From assembly GCA_965214095.1 (NCBI GenBank), contig OZ243938.1:3168001-3232000 (forward strand): a DNA stretch of 64,000 nt, read 5' to 3'. The notes below the pieces were generated by a model. That model saw nothing but the letters and a program-made list of their open reading frames with translations. It did no database searches and was not told the origin of the DNA. This DNA is from Candidatus Poribacteria bacterium. GTDB lineage: Bacteria > Poribacteria > WGA-4E > WGA-3G. Shown piece by piece: positions 56,659 through 64,000 of the stretch. A program made the translations under genes and the position numbers. The stretch's first letter is position 1. Each line of letters begins with the position of its first letter.

Positions 56659-58056
56659 ATGGCAAAACGGGTTATGATAATCGGATGGGATTGTGCCGCT
56701 CCCGAATTGGTCTTTGATGCATTCAAAGACGACATGCCCAACACGCACGGCTTGATGCAAGCCGGCATCTATGGACAATTGGAAAGCACAATACCGCCTA
56801 TCACTGTCCCCGCGTGGATGTGCATGATGACAAGCCGTGATCCGGGTGAACTCGGTATCTACGGCTTTCGCAACCGTTCAGATTATACTTATGATGCACT
56901 CTCCATTGCCAACGCACACACTATCAAAGTACCAACACTCTGGGAACTGCTTGGTCAAGCACAGAAACGTTCTGTCGTCTTAGGCGTGCCACTCACCTAT
57001 CCCGCTAAGCCGTTTTCAGGTTGGATGGTCACCAGTTTTCTCACACCAGTTAATCCCAATTCTCCTTTGACAGACAGAAACCTGCAGTGGACATTTCCAC
57101 CAAGATTAACTCGTGAAATTGAACAAGTATCACCTGACTACATGATTGATATTCCAGATTTTCGTACAGACAAACGTGCTGAATTGGAGAAGCAACTCCT
57201 TAAAATGACACGCGCCCGTTTCAAATTCGCTCGTTATCTTCTTGAGAAAAAACAGTGGGATTTCTTTATGATGGTTGAGATGGGTTCTGACAGGCTGCAT
57301 CACGCTTTCTGGAGATATTGGGATCAAACACATCGCAAGTATGAACCGAATTCACCTTTTGCGGACACAATACGAAACTACTATCGCACGCTTGATGACG
57401 AACTCGGAGAGTTGTTGTCACTTGTTGATGATAACACGACCATCATGATCGTATCCGACCACGGTGCTAAGAGGATGGACGGTGGTATCTGCATCAATGA
57501 ATGGTTGCAGAAACACGGTTATCTCACGCTTAAAACCGAACCACAAGGTATTACCCGTTTTACATCAGACATGGTAGATTGGCAACGAACAAAAGCATGG
57601 GGTGAAGGCGGGTACTATGGCCGCATCTTTATCAACGTCGTCGGTAGAGAACCGCACGGTATTGTTGAGCAACAGGATTACGAAAACGTCCGTGATGAAT
57701 TAAAGACGCAGCTTGAAGCAATCGTTGACGAATCTGGACAGAATATCAATACCCGCGTATTCAAACCAGAAGAGGTATATCACAAGTGCAATAACATCCC
57801 ACCTGACCTTATCGCCTACTTCGGGGATCTCTATTGGCGTTCAGTTGGTAGTGTTGGATACAACAGCATCTATACCTACGAAAACGACACCGGTCCTGAC
57901 GATTGCAACCATGCAGAGATGGGAATGTTTATCCTCAAGAACGGTATACATACCGATGGACATGTGTCAACAAAAAGCATATACGACATTGCCCCCACTG
58001 TGCTCAAAGAATTCGATCTTGACATCCCAGATGCAATGCAGGGTAAACCGATTTAG
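56659..58056 (+). CDS. Alkaline-phosphatase-superfamily phosphodiesterase/nucleotide pyrophosphatase
   Basis: IIGWDCA, STIPPITVPAW, DRLHH, VSDHG. Confidence 0.85.
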   Translation: MAKRVMIIGWDCAAPELVFDAFKDDMPNTHGLMQAGIYGQLESTIPPITVPAWMCMMTSRDPGELGIYGFRNRSDYTYDALSIANAHTIKVPTLWELLGQAQKRSVVLGVPLTYPAKPFSGWMVTSFLTPVNPNSPLTDRNLQWTFPPRLTREIEQVSPDYMIDIPDFRTDKRAELEKQLLKMTRARFKFARYLLEKKQWDFFMMVEMGSDRLHHAFWRYWDQTHRKYEPNSPFADTIRNYYRTLDDELGELLSLVDDNTTIMIVSDHGAKRMDGGICINEWLQKHGYLTLKTEPQGITRFTSDMVDWQRTKAWGEGGYYGRIFINVVGREPHGIVEQQDYENVRDELKTQLEAIVDESGQNINTRVFKPEEVYHKCNNIPPDLIAYFGDLYWRSVGSVGYNSIYTYENDTGPDDCNHAEMGMFILKNGIHTDGHVSTKSIYDIAPTVLKEFDLDIPDAMQGKPI

Positions 58057-58200
58057 AGGAAGAACCATGTGATTGTAGCGTGAAGGAATTGTTGGAGGGT
58101 TTCCAACCCCGATTTCCGCGAATTTCTATTGTTGGAAAAGATTGATTTTATCAAAATCAAGTGATAAAATATGTAACAAGAAGTATAGGTAGGTAGTCGT

Positions 58201-59799
58201 ATGAAAACCTTTGAAACTCAAGGTCCTGTATCACCTGATCGAAACTATGTCGTTAGTCGTGGCAGCGAACTTTCTGAATTCGTCAACCGTGTCAAACAGG
58301 GAAGGTATATCGTTATCTTTGCCCCGCGACAAACTGGTAAAACTACTTTTTTTCGATGGGCACTTGATGCACTCAGAGACGAAGAAGATGTATATTTTCC
58401 AATTCAACTGGATTTTGAGGAATATAAAAACGTCGGTCTCTCTGACTTTTACAGTTACATTTACCAAGATATTCGTAAGGAAATTAAGAATGTCCTGCAA
58501 AAACGTGATATAGTCTCTTCTGATCCTCTATTTCAATTTCTGGAGAACACAAATGTTACTAATCACGTTTCATTGAGACATTTTTTTGAAAAATTCGCAG
58601 ACTTATTAGACGATCAACGCATTATTATCATCATTGATGAGTTTGATGGAATCCCACAAGAGGCAGTGTCTGATTTTCTTCACTCATTACGTCGTATCTA
58701 CCTATCTGATCCTGAAAAACGGTCTCCTTATAGTCTTGGAATTGTTGGAGTGAAAAGTATTACACAACTCAACTATGATCGCTCCATCTCGCCTTTCAAC
58801 ATACAAGACGAATTTGCCTTGCCAAACTTCACACTTGAACAAGTACGTGAACTCTTCAAACAATACACAGATGAAGTCGGACAAGCTATCATGCCTGAAG
58901 TTATTGAGACACTTCACAAACAAACTGCAGGTCAACCGTTTCTTGTCAACAGATTGGCACAAATCCTGACTGATGAACTAAATATCTCAAAATCCGAAAT
59001 ACTTAGAATGGAGCACTTCACACAAGCACACACACGACTGCTGCGGGAACGGAATACTAACATAGACCATCTTATTACCAATATCCGAAGGAACCCACGT
59101 TTTAAAGACATCCTGATGAGAATTGCTTCTTATGAGAAAGGGGTTGGCTTCAACCTGGACAATGTACTAATAGATGAACTCACTACTTTTGGAATTATCG
59201 CAGAAGGTTCAGATGGAATATGTGAGATTGTAAACCCCATATACCATCACCGAATTATGCAAGCGTTTCAACCCCCAATAAATGGATTAGAAAATGAATA
59301 TTTTTCCGATGATACCTCCGCTAATTTTCTAGATTACCTGACACCTGATGGGAACATTCAGATGCAACCGCTTCTGGAGAATTTTCAGAATTTTATTTCT
59401 CGCGCTGGATATCGCATCCTGCAAGTGCCGCAGACTCCACAAGAATTCGTTGGTCAACATCTTCTCTTTGCATATCTCGATCAGTTTGTCCGATTGGTAC
59501 GCGGCACTATGTATCTTGAAGTCCAAACAGGACGCGGACGAATAGACCTACTCATTCTTCTCAATCAGCGAAAATATATTGTTGAAACTAAAATTTGGGA
59601 AGGAGATAGCCTCTATCAATCGGGGAAAAAGCAACTCGCAAAGTATCTAAAATCGGAGGAGGTAGCAGAAGGTTATTATATCGTGTTTGACCACCGTAAA
59701 GAACCAGTTAGGCTGGTAGAGACAGAAACTCATGAAGGTTATACAATTCACAGTTATGTCATTCCTGTTATACAAGAAATACCTTCTCAGACACAATAA
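58201..59799 (+). CDS. AAA-like ATPase with C-terminal PD-(D/E)XK nuclease-like domain
   Basis: APRQTGKT, IIIDEFD, SPFNI, GQPFLV; GRIDL..VETK..QLAKY. Confidence 0.85.
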   Translation: MKTFETQGPVSPDRNYVVSRGSELSEFVNRVKQGRYIVIFAPRQTGKTTFFRWALDALRDEEDVYFPIQLDFEEYKNVGLSDFYSYIYQDIRKEIKNVLQKRDIVSSDPLFQFLENTNVTNHVSLRHFFEKFADLLDDQRIIIIIDEFDGIPQEAVSDFLHSLRRIYLSDPEKRSPYSLGIVGVKSITQLNYDRSISPFNIQDEFALPNFTLEQVRELFKQYTDEVGQAIMPEVIETLHKQTAGQPFLVNRLAQILTDELNISKSEILRMEHFTQAHTRLLRERNTNIDHLITNIRRNPRFKDILMRIASYEKGVGFNLDNVLIDELTTFGIIAEGSDGICEIVNPIYHHRIMQAFQPPINGLENEYFSDDTSANFLDYLTPDGNIQMQPLLENFQNFISRAGYRILQVPQTPQEFVGQHLLFAYLDQFVRLVRGTMYLEVQTGRGRIDLLILLNQRKYIVETKIWEGDSLYQSGKKQLAKYLKSEEVAEGYYIVFDHRKEPVRLVETETHEGYTIHSYVIPVIQEIPSQTQ

Positions 59800-59812
59800 A
59801 TCTTCTTGTAAT

Positions 59813-60742
59813 TCAAACATCCGACTCAGAAAAGACAGTTACAGCTTTAACAATAGACTCGGCAACTACATCCGCAGCAAGAATACCGATACTATTCACA
59901 CTACTGTCTGCATGTGCACCCGTAGCAAGCGTAAACAACGTATCTCCATCAAACATCGTATGTGATGGACGTATTGCACGTGCCATGCCATCGTGTGCCG
60001 TCTCCGAAACCCGTGTCGCTTCCGCAACAGAAAGCACAGCATTTGTAGCGACAACACCAATAGTTGTGTTTGTACCGGGAACGATATTCGCATCCAAAAG
60101 ACGTTCCGCGATATCAACGAAACTACCGTCTGTTTTTCCACCAGCAACAATTTCACCTGTAGCAGGATCAACAACGTTACCAAGCGCATTCACAACCGTA
60201 ATAGCTGCAACAATCAACCCGTTTTCCAGATGTCTACACGCAGAACCGACACCTCCAGCAGAAGGCGTAACACTTGGTGCTTTGCCGACAGTCGCACCTG
60301 TTCCCGCACCGATAGTACCCATCGCAACAGGAGCATCGGAGGAATCAACACATGCATCATATCCCATTTGTCTGTCGGGACGCACCTGAGCGTCACCAAC
60401 ATGCAAGTCAAAAATGACTGCAGCAGGAACAATCGGCACACGAACTGAACCAGCGGGGAAACCAACGCCCTTCTCTTCAAGGTATTGCACAACACCCCCT
60501 GCAGCGTCTAACCCGAAAGCACTACCACCTGTTAGGAGAATAGCGTGTGCTTTTTGAATTAAGCGTCCGGGACGTATTGATTCTGTCTCGCGTGTCCCAG
60601 GGGCAGCACCACGCACATCAACGCCAGCTGTTGCACCTTCTGGACAGATGACAACGGTACAACCTGTCCGAGCATCTGTATCAGTGGCATGTCCGACCTG
60701 TATTCCATCAATCGCTGTAAGTGTCTGATTTGTCATTGTCAT
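59813..60742 (-). CDS. P1/S58 family peptidase (DmpA-like)
   Basis: GVDVRGAAPGTRET, GGSAFGL, NTTIGVVATNA, HTMFDGD. Confidence 0.9.
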   Translation of the reverse strand: MTMTNQTLTAIDGIQVGHATDTDARTGCTVVICPEGATAGVDVRGAAPGTRETESIRPGRLIQKAHAILLTGGSAFGLDAAGGVVQYLEEKGVGFPAGSVRVPIVPAAVIFDLHVGDAQVRPDRQMGYDACVDSSDAPVAMGTIGAGTGATVGKAPSVTPSAGGVGSACRHLENGLIVAAITVVNALGNVVDPATGEIVAGGKTDGSFVDIAERLLDANIVPGTNTTIGVVATNAVLSVAEATRVSETAHDGMARAIRPSHTMFDGDTLFTLATGAHADSSVNSIGILAADVVAESIVKAVTVFSESDV

Positions 60743-61045
60743 ACATCAACTATAACGGATTCATAGATTATCTGCAAGTGATATTGTATTCAGCCAGGAT
60801 CATTTATGGTGAAGCATAAAATTATATCTACACTTTACATCAACGGTAGGCGAGGTTTCCTAACCTCGCATCAGCAATGTGTAGAATTAATTTAATAATT
60901 TACTATAAATAATCCTGTGCAAATTGGATTTTATTTGCACCGAATTGGAAATTTATTGTAAAATCATGCACCCGTTTTGCCGTTCCACGCGTCACTAATG
61001 GTTGAGAAGAAAAATCCGATAGATTCTTTTTTATGGAGGAATCCA

Positions 61046-64000
61046 ATGAAAAACGAAGATGCAGAACTGATTCAACGCACGGTTGCTGGTGATGATACTG
61101 CCTTCTCAGAATTGGTGAAGAAATATCAGAGACAAGTTCATGCACTTGCATGGCGGAAAACAGGGGATTTTCACACAGCTGAAGATATTACACAAGACAC
61201 ATTCCTCAAGGCATATCAGAGACTCCACACACTCAAGCAACCCCACAGATTCGCAGGATGGCTTTATGTCATTGCAAATCGTCAATGTCTTGCATGGTTT
61301 CGGCAAAAACGTCTGAACAAGCAAACATTAGAGAACATAGACACACCCGATGCTAATAGTGATGCATACTCAAGACATATCGTAGAGGAACAAGCAAAAA
61401 CTGCTGAACAGGAACAGCAGGAAGTCGTCAAGAAGTTGCTTGAGACGTTGAAAGAGAGTGATCGTACCGTCATCACCTTACACTATTTTGCTGAAATGAC
61501 GTGTGAACAGATGAGCGAGTTTTTGGGTGTATCCGCAAACACAATAAAGAGCAGACTACGCCGCGCACGGAATAGATTAAAACAGGAGGAACCGATGATC
61601 CGAGAAGCAATTACAAACTTCAAAATATCTCCAACACTTACTGAAAATATAATGCAAGATGTTTCACGGATCAGTCCTACTACCCCATCAGCAAGCAAAC
61701 CTTTGATCCCGTGGATGATAGGTGCTACGGGTGCAGTATTGATTGTGCTGATGTTTGGGATTGGTGGTCAGTTCTTAGCACAATTCCAAAAACCGTATAG
61801 TTTAGATGCTCAAGCTGAAAGGACGGTTGAACTTATTGACGCGCCAATTGTTCAAAACCTTCAGATAGAATCAGATAACCGAAACCAAACAGGGAATAGA
61901 ATTGCTTTAGAAGGTAGTAATGATGGCAATGAAGAGAATGCAAATCAGACTATAGGTGATGGTGACTACACTAAATTGAATCTACCAGAAGGAGCAAAAC
62001 GAAGGTTAGGCAAGGGAGTGCTGTCCGATATGAAGATCTCCCCTAATGGCACACACATTGCAATTGCAAGTTCCTCTGGTATTTGGCTATACAATGTCAA
62101 TGCAAAACAGGAAATGAAACAGTCAAAGATTGCGTTACTTACTGGACATGAAGGTGTCGTTAGGCAGTTGACTTTTTCACCTGATAGCAAAATGTTTGCC
62201 AGTATTGGTTTAGACAAGACACTCCGACTTTGGGAATCCACTACCGGAAAACTCCTATTCACGTTGACCACCCCTAAACCTACAGGTGAATTTCGTGCCG
62301 TGAAGTTCATAAGAGATGGTAAAATCCTCGCTGGACGTTGTTCGGATGACTATAAAGTCTATCTATGGGATGTTACAACAGGAAAATATTTGGAATCATT
62401 TCGTCCGAAACTTCCTATGATTAGATTAGGACAGAACAGAAATTGGCAGTTTGCTACAGACGCTTTTTTCGATCCTATCGGTAACATCATGTTTGCGGTT
62501 GGAAATAAAGACGGTACGATTAGTATTCAAGAGGGGCGTACCGGTCTTGAGAAAAATAGACTTGTTGGGTATACAGATGAATCTCAATTTTTCAAGGTGG
62601 ATAATGAACATGATCGTCTTAACCCAAGAAAACCTACAGTGAGAAGATCTTTAGTCCATCCGGGTGATAAACTCTCTGTTCCAAAACAACTAAAAGCTGA
62701 CGGAACTCCTTTTCCTATCCAATACCTGTTGTCTGATCAAAATCATTCCAGTCATAATTATGAAAAAATACCTACAAAATGGATAAATACCTTAGATTTT
62801 TCACCCGATGGTAATACTCTTGTCAGTAGAAGTAAATACATGGTCGGACAAGAATCAGGTGCTTTATTTGGCGGAGGTCCAACTGAAATCTGGGATGTTG
62901 AAACAGGTGAACAACTTTCGTCGCTCACTTTGTGTGTTACGGATGTAGAAATTTCAGGTGATGGAAAAACACTTGCTATCACCGGTGATGGTGGTGTTTC
63001 TGTATGGGATATTCCTACACGGCAGGAGATTGCGGTGTTTAACGATGCAGTAAAGGTTTTATTTTCTGGTAATGGAAAAACACTCATCATTATAGAACAT
63101 GAACGTTATATATTATGGGACATCACTACCAGACGCGATATTAGTTCTGTCAATCTTGTCGGCGAGTCGTTTACTCCTTTTTTAGATCATTTTGGTATAT
63201 CACATGATGACACGATGTTTGCTACCACAGATACAACTGGCAAAGTAAATGTGTGGGAAACAAGAACTAGCACGCAACTTCGAACGTTCACAACAGGTTA
63301 TACAGATTCTATCACGGGTTTAATGTTTACAGATGATGGAAAAACTCTCATTAGTGGGACTTCTGCTGGAAATATCGAATTCTGGGATACAAACACCGCC
63401 AATATAAGGTCAAGGATTAAAACAGATAAAAGAAGTATAGATGGGTTGATGCTTTCCACAGAGGATAACACTACATTAACTGTGATGAGTAATAGTGATC
63501 TAATGCGATGGGATGTATCCACAGGCCAATTGATTGATGCCTACACCATATTGAATGCAGGCAACTGGTTCGGCAGTGAATTGTTGGAGGATGGAACACA
63601 AATACGTATGAAAGCATTCAGTTTCACGCCAAACGGTGAAAGATTGACTACACCAAATTCTAAAACCAAAATGATTGATGTTTGGGATATTACTGAAGGT
63701 AAGAATCCGCGCCTTCTCACAACAATTGAGTATGAAAGGGGTCCCATATTGCTTTCTCCTGATGGAGCGATACTCGCGAGCACGAGTAAATCAAACAACG
63801 CTGCTGATTTATGGATTACTTACACTAGTGAAAAGTTTTCTAAAATCAGTTTTCCTGAAAATATGCTTGATAGACACAACCACATTTATTCCTTGGCATT
63901 TTCTCACGATGGAAAAACATTTGTTGGTGGCACGAAGAAAAGAGAAATACATTTGTGGAATTTTGCCAGGTCCGAACACATTGGAATACTCAAGGCACAT
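61046..64000 (+). CDS. ECF sigma-70 factor fused via a TM helix to WD40 repeats (runs off window)
   Basis: GGAGG RBS; MKNEDAELI..GD..AF..LV..AEDITQDTFLKAY..FAGWLY; region 4 TIKSRLRRAR; TM PWMIGATGAVLIV; GH..FSPD..LW repeats. Absent from the ORF track, consistent with no stop before the window end. Confidence 0.85.
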   Translation, partial: MKNEDAELIQRTVAGDDTAFSELVKKYQRQVHALAWRKTGDFHTAEDITQDTFLKAYQRLHTLKQPHRFAGWLYVIANRQCLAWFRQKRLNKQTLENIDTPDANSDAYSRHIVEEQAKTAEQEQQEVVKKLLETLKESDRTVITLHYFAEMTCEQMSEFLGVSANTIKSRLRRARNRLKQEEPMIREAITNFKISPTLTENIMQDVSRISPTTPSASKPLIPWMIGATGAVLIVLMFGIGGQFLAQFQKPYSLDAQAERTVELIDAPIVQNLQIESDNRNQTGNRIALEGSNDGNEENANQTIGDGDYTKLNLPEGAKRRLGKGVLSDMKISPNGTHIAIASSSGIWLYNVNAKQEMKQSKIALLTGHEGVVRQLTFSPDSKMFASIGLDKTLRLWESTTGKLLFTLTTPKPTGEFRAVKFIRDGKILAGRCSDDYKVYLWDVTTGKYLESFRPKLPMIRLGQNRNWQFATDAFFDPIGNIMFAVGNKDGTISIQEGRTGLEKNRLVGYTDESQFFKVDNEHDRLNPRKPTVRRSLVHPGDKLSVPKQLKADGTPFPIQYLLSDQNHSSHNYEKIPTKWINTLDFSPDGNTLVSRSKYMVGQESGALFGGGPTEIWDVETGEQLSSLTLCVTDVEISGDGKTLAITGDGGVSVWDIPTRQEIAVFNDAVKVLFSGNGKTLIIIEHERYILWDITTRRDISSVNLVGESFTPFLDHFGISHDDTMFATTDTTGKVNVWETRTSTQLRTFTTGYTDSITGLMFTDDGKTLISGTSAGNIEFWDTNTANIRSRIKTDKRSIDGLMLSTEDNTTLTVMSNSDLMRWDVSTGQLIDAYTILNAGNWFGSELLEDGTQIRMKAFSFTPNGERLTTPNSKTKMIDVWDITEGKNPRLLTTIEYERGPILLSPDGAILASTSKSNNAADLWITYTSEKFSKISFPENMLDRHNHIYSLAFSHDGKTFVGGTKKREIHLWNFARSEHIGILKAH

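Noticed and set aside
60903-64000. Many short minus-strand ORFs
   Set aside because: They are shadows of the long plus-strand sigma-WD40 gene.

Overview
A 64-kb bacterial window, probably Candidatus Poribacteria (inferred from a C-terminal KLTVTWGSLK-type motif, an ECF sigma-WD40 fusion, and sulfatase/PhyH/Gfo content). The centre (15.4-32.8 kb) is a type III-D-like CRISPR-Cas locus: cas10 (GGDD intact, HD lost), cas7-cas5 fusion, cas11, three more cas7, csx19, a Crn2/AcrIII-1-like gene, csx1, cas6, cas2, a 16-repeat array and a broken cas1. Best hidden signals: (1) a second copy of the CRISPR leader plus one divergent repeat inside the cas operon, followed by a complete 1.55-kb secreted metalloprotease gene and then a second repeat-like sequence, so a whole gene sits where a spacer would be; (2) four tandem Y RNAs, two of them permuted tRNA mimics, upstream of Ro60/Rsr; (3) an RGPP-ended Cys-rich leader ORF heading a metal/redox operon that ends in a Cyc2-like cytochrome-porin; (4) tandem MNT-HEPN fusion cassettes that each duplicate the 5' end of coxE; (5) an IS607 with a pro-Fanzor-type TnpB; (6) an atypical-kinase/Omp85 fusion cluster. 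Tandem lipoprotein serpins, several MITE/REP families and metabolic genes fill the rest. All family calls come from reading motifs by eye; no searches were run.
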